A stretch of 64,000 nt of DNA from Polyangiaceae bacterium (GCA_965222375.1 CBDCTZ010000008.1:1-64000); one strand, 5' to 3'. Shown: positions 26,221 to 36,251, numbered from the stretch's first letter. The notes: generated from the letters alone by a model not told the origin. A program made the numbers and translations.

Positions 26221-27954
26221 TCACTGCCCGTTTTCGTCCGACAGCGTAATCGGGATCCAGAGCGTGCGCATCTTCGCGGCCTTGCCTCGACGGGTGTAGC
26301 CGGCGAGCCCATACAGCACGTTCCACCAATGCCCGTCCGGCGTCTCCCCGTAAGAGAAGCCGGGGAAGATGTGGACCTCCCAGTCCAGGCCGTTCTTCAC
26401 TTTGCGCTCCCGGTAGTAGACGTTGCCAACGAGCTGAGACACCGAGTCGCGGTCCGCAAAGCGCCAGTAGACTGGGAAGCCAACGGTCGCGCGGGAATCT
26501 TGACCCGCGAAATCCCAGAAGAAAGGCGCTACGACAGTGTGGGATTGGTTGCCGTTACGACCCAAATACAAGATGGGATGGATGTTGGTCTGCCAACCCC
26601 GCAAGTCGTGAGTGTGTTGGAAGAAAGGCGTGATCCAGGTCGTTTCGCTGACGCCGTAGCGTTCGAAGTGCGCCCAGAAAGGGAAGAAGACTTGATTCGA
26701 TTCCCGCGGGCTGGTGCGGGAGTACAAGAATGGGAATAGAAGCTTCTGGTCGAGCCCGATGTCCGGATCCCGATACGCCCAGTAGAAGGGCGTGATCATG
26801 TCCAGCTCTGTGCGACCGCGGTGACGCGCGTAGCCCCAAGTCACGAACGTGGTTTCGCCCTCGTCGCCCTTTGCCAGCAGGTAGAGCGGGTTGACGAAAA
26901 GGGACGAGTTGCCTTTGTAACCGTAGTGGAAGAAGGGCAAGACCGTCGTGTGACGCTCGTTCTTGCCCCAGATGCTCCAATACAAAGGCAGCAGGTGGAA
27001 CAACTCGCGCTTGGGCGTGTGCTCCCGATAATAGGGTCCCCAGATGTTTAGGTAGCGCTGCTTGTCGTCGTCGTATCGATAGTAGTGTAGCAGCGGCGGG
27101 ATCACTTCGTACTTGGTCGTGTCGGTCTGTCCGTAGAAGTAGAGCGGGAAGATCCCCATGTCCAAGTCGTGAGCCGTGCGGGGATCACAATGGGAGCCAC
27201 CGTCCCAGGAACAGAACAGCGGTCCGACCATGTTGAAACCACTGTGGCCGTCGGTCTTGGTGTAGGTGAGCAGCGGCGGGATCACGGTGTAGCCGCCGTT
27301 CTTACGCTTGCCGGTGAAGTAGAGAGGAGCCAGCCAATTGTCGCGCTCGTCCTTGGTGACGCGGTTGACGAAGGGGCCGACAACCGTCGTTCGGCTGCCT
27401 TTGGCCAGATCCCGCATGTTCCAAAACAGGGGAAACAGGACATCGTCAGCCCGCTCGGCGCTGCGGCGGTTGTAGTACAACCCCCCGAAAAGGCTGGCGC
27501 GATCAGTCACTTTCGGGTTGGTGGCCGAAGGTTGGGTGCGCTGAGCCCACACCGGGAACGCGAGTTTGAACTCGTATTTGCCCTGACGTTCCTCGTACCA
27601 AGGTCCGTAGAACTTGCGCTCGGGCTTGGCGTCCTGGCCTCGGGGTACATCCTCCAGCAAGGTATCGGTGCCGATCCGAGCGCGAACGCGGCGCGGGATC
27701 TTGAGAGGCTTGTCGGGTAGCGACGGCTCCGAACTGGGCGGCAGCAAGCTCTCACCGCCGCCGGCCGCGTGCGGTTCAGGCGCGCCCGGCGGGGCCTTGC
27801 CCGATACGGGTGGTCCTTTGCCAGGAGCAGGTGGCGGCGCGGGGCCACCGATGCCCGGTGCCACGCCCGGACCATAGGGGTCTTGGGCGAGGACGGGCCA
27901 CGCCAGGCAGACCCAGCCGAGGGCGACCAAACAAGACAGGGCGCGGCGGCTCAT
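26221..27954 (-). CDS. Secreted hypothetical protein with many aromatic (F/P)PLF(W/Y) repeats
   Basis: Signal peptide ..VLA-Q, Pro-rich linker, recurring FPLFW/PPLL/LPFF/TPFY units; directly after hisS. Confidence 0.75.
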   Translation of the reverse strand: MSRRALSCLVALGWVCLAWPVLAQDPYGPGVAPGIGGPAPPPAPGKGPPVSGKAPPGAPEPHAAGGGESLLPPSSEPSLPDKPLKIPRRVRARIGTDTLLEDVPRGQDAKPERKFYGPWYEERQGKYEFKLAFPVWAQRTQPSATNPKVTDRASLFGGLYYNRRSAERADDVLFPLFWNMRDLAKGSRTTVVGPFVNRVTKDERDNWLAPLYFTGKRKNGGYTVIPPLLTYTKTDGHSGFNMVGPLFCSWDGGSHCDPRTAHDLDMGIFPLYFYGQTDTTKYEVIPPLLHYYRYDDDKQRYLNIWGPYYREHTPKRELFHLLPLYWSIWGKNERHTTVLPFFHYGYKGNSSLFVNPLYLLAKGDEGETTFVTWGYARHRGRTELDMITPFYWAYRDPDIGLDQKLLFPFLYSRTSPRESNQVFFPFWAHFERYGVSETTWITPFFQHTHDLRGWQTNIHPILYLGRNGNQSHTVVAPFFWDFAGQDSRATVGFPVYWRFADRDSVSQLVGNVYYRERKVKNGLDWEVHIFPGFSYGETPDGHWWNVLYGLAGYTRRGKAAKMRTLWIPITLSDENGQ

Positions 27955-27957
27955 CTC

Positions 27958-29226
27958 CTAGTCACGCAGCCTTTCGCCCAAGAGGCCGTGCACCTGATCG
28001 ACGACGTCAGCGAATGCGACGTCTCGCTGTGTATGTTGCTCGAGGTCCTTCAGCTGAACGACCTCACGCGACAGCTCATCTTCGCCCAGCACGATGCAGG
28101 CACGCATACCAAGGGAGTCCGCGCGCCGCAGCTGGCTTTTCAAGCTTTGACCCCGCCCCTCTAGCTCCACCACGATCCCGCGTTCGCGAAGGGCTCGAGC
28201 CAGAACCAGCGCTTGTGGCAAGCAGACTTTTGCCAGAGGCGCCAGGAAGCATCCGCTGCGGCCAGCGCTTTCGGCCTCGGGCATGGCGAGCAGGATCCGC
28301 TCCAGCCCCATCGCGAAGCCGATCGCGGGGGTTTTCGGCCCACCGAGTTCTTCGACCAGACCGTCGTAGCGCCCGCCCCCGGCTAGGGTGTTCTGGGCGC
28401 CCAGCTCTCCTGCGTTCGAGCGGATCTCGAAGGAAGTTCGGGTGTAGTAGTCCAGCCCACGCACCAGACGGGGCTCCACCACGTAGGGGGTCTCCAGGGC
28501 GTCCAGCGCCCGCTTCAAGCCGTCGAAATGCTCACGATCTTCGGGGCCGAGCACGTCCAACATGCTGGGGGCACCGGAAGCGACCTCTTGGTCCTTGGGG
28601 TCTTTGGAGTCCAAGATCCTCAGGGGATTGGTGCTCAGTCGCGCTTGGGCGTGTGTTGAGAGCTCATCGACGCGAGGCGTGAAGAACGCCACTAGCGCGT
28701 CGCGATAGCGCCCGCGGGTTTCCGACCCGCCGAGGGAGTTGATCGCGACTTCGAGCTGCTCAATGCCGAGTTCTCGGAACAGTCCGACCAGCATGTCGAT
28801 CATCTCTGCATCTGCAACAGGCCCTGGGGCGCCGTACACCTCGCAGCCCGCCTGGTAGAACTGCCGATAGCGCCCCCGCTGCGGGCGCTCCGCGCGGAAC
28901 ATGGGGCCCAGGTAGTACCAACGGGTCACCTGTTCTCGGGCGTAGACCTTGTGCTCGATATACGCGCGGGTCGCGCCAGCCGTGCCCTCCGGACGCAATG
29001 TGAGAGCGTCACGATGATGCTGAAAGGAGTACATCTCCTTTTCCACCACATCCGTCGCTTCGCCGATCGAGCGCACGAACAGATCCGTGCGCTCGACGAC
29101 GGGTGTGCGGACCTCCTGGTAGCCGTGAAGCCCTGCTCGCCGACTGAACGCACTCTCGAGACGTTGCCAACGCGCAGCATCCTTGGCGAGGACGTCGTTC
29201 ATCCCTTTGACAGCACGGAAAGCCAT
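27958..29226 (-). CDS. hisS: Histidine--tRNA ligase
   Basis: LRPEGTA, FRAERPQRGRYRQF, RGLDYY, GGGRYD, GFAMGLER. Confidence 0.97.
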   Translation of the reverse strand: MAFRAVKGMNDVLAKDAARWQRLESAFSRRAGLHGYQEVRTPVVERTDLFVRSIGEATDVVEKEMYSFQHHRDALTLRPEGTAGATRAYIEHKVYAREQVTRWYYLGPMFRAERPQRGRYRQFYQAGCEVYGAPGPVADAEMIDMLVGLFRELGIEQLEVAINSLGGSETRGRYRDALVAFFTPRVDELSTHAQARLSTNPLRILDSKDPKDQEVASGAPSMLDVLGPEDREHFDGLKRALDALETPYVVEPRLVRGLDYYTRTSFEIRSNAGELGAQNTLAGGGRYDGLVEELGGPKTPAIGFAMGLERILLAMPEAESAGRSGCFLAPLAKVCLPQALVLARALRERGIVVELEGRGQSLKSQLRRADSLGMRACIVLGEDELSREVVQLKDLEQHTQRDVAFADVVDQVHGLLGERLRD

Positions 29227-29381
29227 GAGCAAGAAGCGCAGCCGCCCCCAATGCCGGAACCGCTGTGCCCCGGCTTATGCTCGTAGCGGAACGGCAGGTC
29301 AAGCGCCGTGGCGGAGGCTGGGCACCGGCGTCCGGCAGGATGTCTGGCCCGGTTGACAAAACCGGGCTAAACGTCGTGGCC

Positions 29382-29798
29382 ATGCGCGCGGCAGGCATCG
29401 ACCTGGGACGCGTTCGAGTCGGCCTGGCCGTCTCGGACGATCTCGGGGCCATGGCGCACCCCAGACCCTTCCTCGGTGGCCAGTCCGAGCCCAAATTACT
29501 CGACAGCCTCGCAGCACTCGCCGCAGAGGAGGGGATTGACGTATTCGTGATCGGGCTGCCGCTCGAAATGGATGGGCGCGAGGGCCGGGCTGCCAAGCGC
29601 GCGCGACGCTTCGGGCAGGCATTGCAGACCCGGCTGGAAGTCGAGGTCGTGTTTGTGGACGAACGCCTCTCCACCGTCCAGGCTCACAGTCAGCTGCGAC
29701 AAGGGGGCGAGAACGCGCGCACGGCGCGCAGCAAGGTCGACAGTGCGGCGGCGGCCTTGATCCTCCAAACCTGGTTGGACTCGCGGGAATCGCCGTGA
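29382..29798 (+). CDS. ruvX: Pre-16S rRNA nuclease / Holliday junction resolvase-like YqgF
   Basis: GIDLG..RVGLA, IGLP, DERLST, VDSAAA. Confidence 0.93.
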   Translation: MRAAGIDLGRVRVGLAVSDDLGAMAHPRPFLGGQSEPKLLDSLAALAAEEGIDVFVIGLPLEMDGREGRAAKRARRFGQALQTRLEVEVVFVDERLSTVQAHSQLRQGGENARTARSKVDSAAAALILQTWLDSRESP

Positions 29799-30955
29799 AC
29801 GCATCGACGAAACCCAAGCGCCCGTCCAAGCCGGCGCCTCGAAAGAAGCCCGCACCTGGGAAGCGGCCATCGCCCAAACGGCGCAAGGGCAGGCGGCGGC
29901 GCCGGGCGGCGTGGGTACTGATCGGGCTGGTCTCTTTGAGCATCGCTCTGCTGGCGTGCGTCTGGGTTTGGGCATTGCTGCCCGGGCCTGGCGGCGGTCA
30001 GGCGATCTACCTGGAGGTGCCAACGCGAGCCTCCGACGCAGACTTGGCCAGGATGCTGGAGCAGCGGGGCCTGGTGCGGAGCCCGCTCATGATGCGCGTC
30101 TACTTGAAGCTCGTCCGCCCCAGCGTGCACATCGTTCCTGGCGGGCATTTGTTGAACGACGCTCAGAGCCCCCGCGGCCTGCTGCAGCGCTTGGGGCGGC
30201 TTCCGAATCGAACCGCTGTCAAGGTCACGATCCCAGAAGGGTTCCACCACGTGCAGATAGCCGAGCGCCTCGAGCAACGCGAGGTCTGCGCCAAGGCTGC
30301 CTTCGTGCGGGTGGTGCGCTCGAAGGCGCTGCTGAGAGAGCTCTCGGTGCAAGGGCCGAGTGCGGAGGGCATGCTGTTCCCAGCTACCTACGATCTGGCG
30401 GTGGATACTCCGCCTAGAGTCATCGTCCGAGTCATGGTCAAAGAGTTTCGGAAACGCTTGGCTCGGCTGGCCGCGAAGCATCCCGAGGCCATGAAGCGCT
30501 ATGAACAGTCCCGGGGGTGGACGGAGCACGAGATCGCGACCCTGGCTTCCATCGTCGAGCGAGAAACCCGTCACGCAGATGAACGCCCCCGGGTTGCGTC
30601 CGTATACCTGAACCGCCTGGACGATCTCGACTTCAAACCCAAACAAAGACTCCAAGCTGATCCCACCGCCGCCTACGGCTGTCTGCTGCTAGGCGAGTCA
30701 CTGTCCTCCTGCGACGCGACGGGCGGAAAGGTCACTCCGAAAATGCTGCGAGACCCTCGCAACCCCTACAACACCTACGCGCACTCGGGACTGCCGCCCG
30801 GACCCATCGCCAACCCCGGCGAAGGGGCGTTGAGCGCTGTACTCGCGCCCGAAAAGACGGAGTTCTTGTTCTTCGTGGCCCGGGGCGATGGCCGGCACAC
30901 CTTCAGCAAGACGCTCGCGGAGCATCAGCACGCGACGTCTCCGCGCCCCAACTGA
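29795..30955 (+). CDS. mltG: Endolytic transglycosylase MltG
   Basis: TIPEG, EGMLFPATY, LASIVERE, LQADPT, YNTY..GLPPGPI. Confidence 0.95.
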   Translation: MNASTKPKRPSKPAPRKKPAPGKRPSPKRRKGRRRRRAAWVLIGLVSLSIALLACVWVWALLPGPGGGQAIYLEVPTRASDADLARMLEQRGLVRSPLMMRVYLKLVRPSVHIVPGGHLLNDAQSPRGLLQRLGRLPNRTAVKVTIPEGFHHVQIAERLEQREVCAKAAFVRVVRSKALLRELSVQGPSAEGMLFPATYDLAVDTPPRVIVRVMVKEFRKRLARLAAKHPEAMKRYEQSRGWTEHEIATLASIVERETRHADERPRVASVYLNRLDDLDFKPKQRLQADPTAAYGCLLLGESLSSCDATGGKVTPKMLRDPRNPYNTYAHSGLPPGPIANPGEGALSAVLAPEKTEFLFFVARGDGRHTFSKTLAEHQHATSPRPN

Positions 30956-31036
30956 CGCCCGCAGGTTGGCGCAGCCGAAGTCGCTGCGTGGGCGCTGCCT
31001 CTTCGAACGTGGCCGCCGACGTGATATGCGCGCCGC

Positions 31037-33016
31037 ATGACGACGGACCTCACGCCTGCCATTCACACCGTGCGTTTTCTCTCGGTCGACGGGGTCGAGG
31101 CGGCCAACAGTGGCCACCCCGGTACGCCTATGGCCTTGGCGGGGATTGGGGTCGAGTTGTTCACTCGCTACCTTCGGTACGTGCCAGAAGATCCGACTTG
31201 GCCCAATCGGGACCGCTTCGTTCTGTCTTGCGGGCACGCGAGCATGTTGCTCTATTCATTGCTGCATCTCGCGGGCTACGATCTCCCCCTGGACGAGTTG
31301 AAGAACTTTCGTCAGTGGGGGTCGAGGACACCTGGTCACCCGGAAGTTGGCCACACGCCGGGAGTTGAAACCACCACTGGACCCTTGGGGCAGGGCGTGG
31401 GCAACGGCGTCGGCATGGCACTGGGCATGAAGATGGCAGGTGCACGCGTCAACACGGACCAGGACCCCATCTTCGACAGCCGCGTATTCGTATTGGCATC
31501 CGATGGCGATCTAATGGAGGGCGTTGCATCCGAAGCGGCCAGTCTCGCTGGGCTTTGGGGGCTCGATAATCTGGTCGTGATCTGGGATGACAATCGCATC
31601 ACCATCGACGGTAGCACCGAGCTGAGCTTCACCGAAGATGTTGGGAAGCGGTTCGAGGCCTACGGCTGGTTCGTGCAGAATGTGGACGGGCACGACCAGG
31701 CGGCGCTAGGGACCGTGCTCGATGCCGCCCTCGCCGAAGAAGGTCGGCCGAGCCTGATCGTGGCGCGCACCCACATCGCCATCGGCGCACCGACGAAGCA
31801 GGACACTCCAGGCGCCCACGGCGCACCCTTGGGGGCTGAAGAGATCGCAGGCACGAAGAGCGAGGTGGGCTGGCCCGTGGAACCGACCTTCGCCATCCCG
31901 GACGCTGCCCGCACGCCTTTCGCTGCACAGGTCGAGAAGAACCGCACCCTGCACTCGGCCTGGAGGGCTCGAGTGGCCAAACTCGACCCGACACGCAAAG
32001 CCGCCTACGACAGCTTGGTCTCCCACGAGGCGCCGGCAAAGCTTTACGAAACGCTGTGTGCCAATGCCCCCGACAAACCCAACGCGACGCGTTCCACGGC
32101 GTCGGTCGTGCAACAGTCCGCAGCGGAGCAAGTGTCCGCCCTGGTCGGCGGCTCGGCAGATCTGGCCGAGTCCTGCAAGACCACGATCAAAGGGTCCGGC
32201 CATGTCGCGCGAGGACAGTTCGAGGGGCGCAATCTGCACTTCGGCATTCGCGAACATGCGATGGGCTCGATCTGCAACGGCTTGGCGCTCTCTGGGCTGT
32301 TCGTACCCTATTGCTCCACCTTCTTGATCTTCAGCGACTACATGCGGCCTGCGATCCGACTGGCCGCGTTGATGGAGCAGCAAGTCGTGTACGTGTTCAC
32401 CCACGATAGTATCTTTCTGGGCGAAGACGGTCCCACCCACCAGCCCGTTGAACAGGTGGCTTCGCTGCGCTTGGTGCCAAACCTGGACGTCTGGCGCCCG
32501 GCAAACGCAACCGAATGTGCCGCCGCCTGGGCCCACGCTCTGGAGCGAAAAAATGGGCCCACGGCCTTGGTTCTAACCCGACACAAGATCCCGAGTCCGA
32601 GCGGCGACGTGCCCAGGGCGGAAGTGAGCAAGGGCGCTTACGTGCTGGTCGACGCCGCCGACCCGGACGTCGTGCTAGTCGCGACAGGCAGTGAGGTGCA
32701 CGTTGCAGAGCAGGTCGCGGCGAAGCTGAATGCGTCCGGCAAGAAGGCTCGGGTCGTGAGCGCGCCGTGCATCGACCTGTTCCTGCAACGACCCAAGGGG
32801 GAGGTAGAAGCCGTGTTTGGAGCCAATACGAAGCGAGTAGCGATTGAAGCCGGCCGCACCAGAGGCTGGGAAGCAGTGGTTGGTCGCGATGGCTTGTGCG
32901 TCGGTGTCGACAAGTTCGGCGCTTCTGCACCTTGGAACACCCTGGCAGACCAATACGGCCTGACCACGGACAAGATCGTGGCACGCGTCCATCGTTGGCT
33001 CGAGTCAGGCTCATGA
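31037..33016 (+). CDS. tkt: Transketolase
   Basis: SGHPG, TPGHPE, TTGPLGQG, DGDLMEG, GEDGPTHQP. Confidence 0.97.
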   Translation: MTTDLTPAIHTVRFLSVDGVEAANSGHPGTPMALAGIGVELFTRYLRYVPEDPTWPNRDRFVLSCGHASMLLYSLLHLAGYDLPLDELKNFRQWGSRTPGHPEVGHTPGVETTTGPLGQGVGNGVGMALGMKMAGARVNTDQDPIFDSRVFVLASDGDLMEGVASEAASLAGLWGLDNLVVIWDDNRITIDGSTELSFTEDVGKRFEAYGWFVQNVDGHDQAALGTVLDAALAEEGRPSLIVARTHIAIGAPTKQDTPGAHGAPLGAEEIAGTKSEVGWPVEPTFAIPDAARTPFAAQVEKNRTLHSAWRARVAKLDPTRKAAYDSLVSHEAPAKLYETLCANAPDKPNATRSTASVVQQSAAEQVSALVGGSADLAESCKTTIKGSGHVARGQFEGRNLHFGIREHAMGSICNGLALSGLFVPYCSTFLIFSDYMRPAIRLAALMEQQVVYVFTHDSIFLGEDGPTHQPVEQVASLRLVPNLDVWRPANATECAAAWAHALERKNGPTALVLTRHKIPSPSGDVPRAEVSKGAYVLVDAADPDVVLVATGSEVHVAEQVAAKLNASGKKARVVSAPCIDLFLQRPKGEVEAVFGANTKRVAIEAGRTRGWEAVVGRDGLCVGVDKFGASAPWNTLADQYGLTTDKIVARVHRWLESGS

Positions 33017-33369
33017 CCCTGCCCATCGTTCTCGTGCCTCATCCGCACGTGCGGGTGGATCCCAAGGTCTTGTCGGGAAGCCCTCATGTGGCAGGCTCAC
33101 GGGTGCCCGTGCGTCGGCTGTTTGCGTTCTACAAATCCGGCTCCCGCGTGGAGACGATCCTGAAGCGCTATCCGCAGCTCGGCCCCGCCAAGGTCTTCGA
33201 CGCCCTGGCCTTCGCCCTCGACAACCCCGAAGTCATCGAGGCCGATCTCGAGCGTGAGCGAGCGCTCCTTAGGGCCGCGGGCGGCGCGGAAGACAGTGGG
33301 CGAACGGCCGCGCAAATTTCGCTGCCCTTCGACAGCGACAACGGGAACCCCGCAAAAAAGAGGCGCTGA
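33013..33369 (+). CDS. DUF433 domain protein (antitoxin-like wHTH)
   Basis: DPKVLSGSPHVAGSRVPV...ILKRYPQL...DALAF; ATGA overlap with tkt. Confidence 0.8.
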   Translation: MTLPIVLVPHPHVRVDPKVLSGSPHVAGSRVPVRRLFAFYKSGSRVETILKRYPQLGPAKVFDALAFALDNPEVIEADLERERALLRAAGGAEDSGRTAAQISLPFDSDNGNPAKKRR

Positions 33370-33630
33370 ACGCGCGCTCACTTGCGCCGAGGCCCCCCAC
33401 ACGGTGTGCCGGCTAACAAAAACCTTTACTTTTCAGTGAAACGGGGACAAACCGCGGGCCGAATCACGCAGCAAATGGGCCGGGGTGGCCCGGAGAATCA
33501 TAGAGGGAGCACGGACAGGTTGGAGCAGGCCAAAGGGGTCCGTTTTCAGCTTTGCAAGTGAATTGAGCAAGTGTAGCGTGCACCCGGCTTGGACGCCCGA
33601 GACGTATCGTCTCGAGAGGAGATTAAGAAA

Positions 33631-34896
33631 ATGGTCGCGAATCGTTGGCGAAATCTTAGTGGAGTAGTTGCAGTGGCGGCAGCGCCGTTGCTGATGAACT
33701 GCGGTGGTGGTTTGCCCGGCATGCCCGGCCTTCCCGGCTCCTGCCCAGCGGACATCAGTGATCCCTCGGCAATCATGAGCGCCAACTTCGGCCTCAAAGG
33801 TGAGCTGGAGGGCAAGGTGAAGGCGGCGCTCTCTGCTGGCGCAGAGCTGAAGGCCCTCGCGGTCGAGGTCGAGGCTGACGTGGCCGGCGCTTGTGGCCAG
33901 CTCGCCAAGGACCTCGGCGCGAGCGACGAGGACATCGCCCCCGCAGAGGAAGGCCCCGGCAAGAAGGCGGAAGCCGCTTGTCAGGCTGCAGTGAAGTTCC
34001 TCGGCGAGGTGAAGGCCAAGGCCAATATCTCCGGCGGCCTCAAGGTCGACGTGGTTCCGCCCAAGTGCTCGGCCTCGATGAGCGCGATGGCTGACTGCGC
34101 CGCCAGCTGCCAGGGCAACGTCGACCCCGGCTCCGTCAAGGTAGAGTGCGAGGGTGGCGAGATCAGCGGCAAGTGCGAAGGCAAGTGCGAAGGTAGCTGC
34201 CAGGTCGAAGCCGGCGCCAAGTGCGAAGGCTCCTGCAGCGGCACCTGCGAAGGCTCTTGCGACGCCAGCTTCTCGGGGACCTGCGGCGGCACCTGTGAAG
34301 GCAAGTGTGACGGCAAGGACACCAAGGGTGAGTGCAAGGGCAAGTGCGAAGGCAAGTGCGAAGGCGGCGGCAAGGGCAGCTGCGGCGGCAAGTGCGGCGG
34401 TTCCTGCAGCGCTTCCTGTGAGATCACGGGCGGCGGCAGCTGCGAAGGCACCTGCTCCGGCGGCTGCGACGTCGAGATCAAGGAGCCCAAGTGCAGCGGC
34501 GAGATGAAGCCCCCAGAGATGAGCGCCGAGTGCAAGGCTAACTGTGACGCCAAGGTCAACGCCAAGGTCGAGTGCACCCCGGCCAAGGTTGCGGTGAAGC
34601 TCCAAGGCGCGGCGGACGCGGAAGCGGCTGCCACGCTCAAGGGTGCTCTCGAAGCCAACCTGCCCGCTCTGCTCAAGGTCACCCTCGGCATGAAGGGTCG
34701 TCTCGAGAGCGCTGTCGGCAGCGTGAAGGCCTCCATCGAGGGCGTGAAGGCTGCGGTCACCGGTGGTGGCGATGCGGCCCTCAAGGTCGGCGGCTGCCTC
34801 GCGGCGTCGCTGAAGGCACAGGTTGACGCGAGCGTTTCGATCAATGTCTCGGTCAGTGCCAGTGCCAGCGCCAGCGGCGAAGCCGGCGCGGGCTGA
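33631..34896 (+). CDS. Cys-rich lipoprotein with (GxCx)n repeats, uncharacterised
   Basis: GAGGAG RBS, ATG 33631, LMN-C lipobox-like site, about 33 Cys, strong codon bias. Confidence 0.85.
   Translation: MVANRWRNLSGVVAVAAAPLLMNCGGGLPGMPGLPGSCPADISDPSAIMSANFGLKGELEGKVKAALSAGAELKALAVEVEADVAGACGQLAKDLGASDEDIAPAEEGPGKKAEAACQAAVKFLGEVKAKANISGGLKVDVVPPKCSASMSAMADCAASCQGNVDPGSVKVECEGGEISGKCEGKCEGSCQVEAGAKCEGSCSGTCEGSCDASFSGTCGGTCEGKCDGKDTKGECKGKCEGKCEGGGKGSCGGKCGGSCSASCEITGGGSCEGTCSGGCDVEIKEPKCSGEMKPPEMSAECKANCDAKVNAKVECTPAKVAVKLQGAADAEAAATLKGALEANLPALLKVTLGMKGRLESAVGSVKASIEGVKAAVTGGGDAALKVGGCLAASLKAQVDASVSINVSVSASASASGEAGAG
34168..34467 (+). repeat. Coding 12-bp tandem units (ggcaagtgcgaa-like) encoding GKCE/GSCx
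   Basis: Repeated ggcaagtgcgaa/ggcacctgcgaa units. Confidence 0.75.
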
Positions 34897-34911
34897 TTCG
34901 TTAGCCCAAAC

Positions 34912-34963
34912 AGCAAGGCGGCCTCGCGACGAAAGTTGCGGGGCCGTTTGCTTTTGTTGGTTT
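34912..34963 (+). terminator. Rho-independent terminator
   Basis: About 18-bp stem (agcaaggcggcctcgcgac / gttgcggggccgtttgct), GAAA loop, T-rich tail. Confidence 0.8.
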
Positions 34964-35080
34964 GAATGTGGCGGATCAGCGCGTCATCGACGCCATCGCG
35001 GGGCGATTCTCTGCCGCCGCGTGGAGTTCCAATTCGACAACGGGCGGAGCTTGCGGGCGTTTGCCGAGGGATGAAGAACA

Positions 35081-35569
35081 ATGGACTGCCCTGCATGCGG
35101 AGCGTTCAATTCTGTCCTCGACGAGGAGTGCGACTCCTGCGGGATGGTACTGACCAAGCCGCGCGAACCGACGCGACCTCCCACCGCCTACCGAGCATCC
35201 GCGGCGCCCGTCACGCCCGACAGGCCAACGGAACGAAAGCTCCGTCGCTGGGTCCGTCGGGAGTTGAGGGATGGCGAGGACGGTCAGGTGTTGGAACAGG
35301 CCATCGCAAAACAGGGCTTCGATCGCGGCTGGGCTCAAGAATTCGTCCAGCGCATAGAACGGCGTCTAGACGTTGCCGACATTGCGGTGGCGGAGCGATC
35401 CGGGAACTACGCGGTGGGGTTCTTCTCAGGCGTCCTTTGCCCCATGCTCGGGCTGTTCTTGCTGCTGGGGGCACAACCTCGGACGCGCAGAGGCGCAGTG
35501 ATGGGCCTGTGCTTTGCTGTTGGGTTTGCGATCTTGGCGCGGTGCGTGGGCTCATCAGAACCGTACTAG
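35081..35569 (+). CDS. Hypothetical protein with N-terminal zinc ribbon and two C-terminal TM segments
   Basis: CPACG...CDSCG; hydrophobic C-terminus. Confidence 0.65.
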   Translation: MDCPACGAFNSVLDEECDSCGMVLTKPREPTRPPTAYRASAAPVTPDRPTERKLRRWVRRELRDGEDGQVLEQAIAKQGFDRGWAQEFVQRIERRLDVADIAVAERSGNYAVGFFSGVLCPMLGLFLLLGAQPRTRRGAVMGLCFAVGFAILARCVGSSEPY

Positions 35570-35706
35570 GGCGGTGGTTGGTCAGCCTGCGCATTCAGCA
35601 TCGCAATCTGTCCGAAGCTCACGCTGCCGGTGCTGGATGGCGTTAGAGACACGAGGTGTCGGGCGCGCCTGTGGAGTGCACTTCTCGCGACTTGGAGGGA
35701 ACTGTC

Positions 35707-35898
35707 TTAGGCGCGAAACTCCTTGGTCGGAGCGCAGCTGGCCAGCAGCATTGCGCCGCCGCCACTAGAAGCTCCGCTGCCTGATGCCCCACCAGTGCTT
35801 CAGCTGCCATCCGAACCTGCATCGGGCCCCGACCCCGAGGTGCCTCCGCTGCTACACGCAAGCAACAACGGGGCCCCAGTCAAATACATTGGTTTCAT
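35707..35898 (-). pseudogene. Degraded Gly/Ser-rich lipoprotein gene
   Basis: Manual translation MKPMYLTGAPLLLAC-SSGGTSGSGPDAGSDGS*STGGASGSGASSGGG; in-frame TGA at 35800-35802 inside the Gly/Ser linker; 3' limit uncertain. Confidence 0.5.
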
Positions 35899-36251
35899 GA
35901 GTCTAGCCCTTGCGACGACCCCAGCTCGCCGTTACCGAGCTTCGAACAGCATGGCGCTCACGCTGTCGCCGTAGACAGAATCGGACATCGCCCCCGCGAA
36001 TGGGACCCGTGAACCCCGTAGTCTTCCCCATGAAAAACCTGCCGTGCCGTTCCGGTGGGAGCCTGGTGTCGCTTGCGCCTGCAGCGCTGGCTCAGGCCCG
36101 TTCCAGATCGGCGTCCGATCCTATTGATTGCCCGAGCTGGCCCGCACCCCAACCTGGTTGGACGCAGTTGTGGCCGCGATGCTGAGATGCTCAGCTGAAC
36201 GCAGCCCGGACAAGTCTGAGATCTATCGAGCACAGCGACGCGATCCCCACG

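Noticed and set aside
29347..29367. Inverted repeat GCCCGGTT-N5-AACCGGGC containing TTGACA before ruvX
   Set aside because: No -10 at canonical spacing and only a single occurrence; function unsupported
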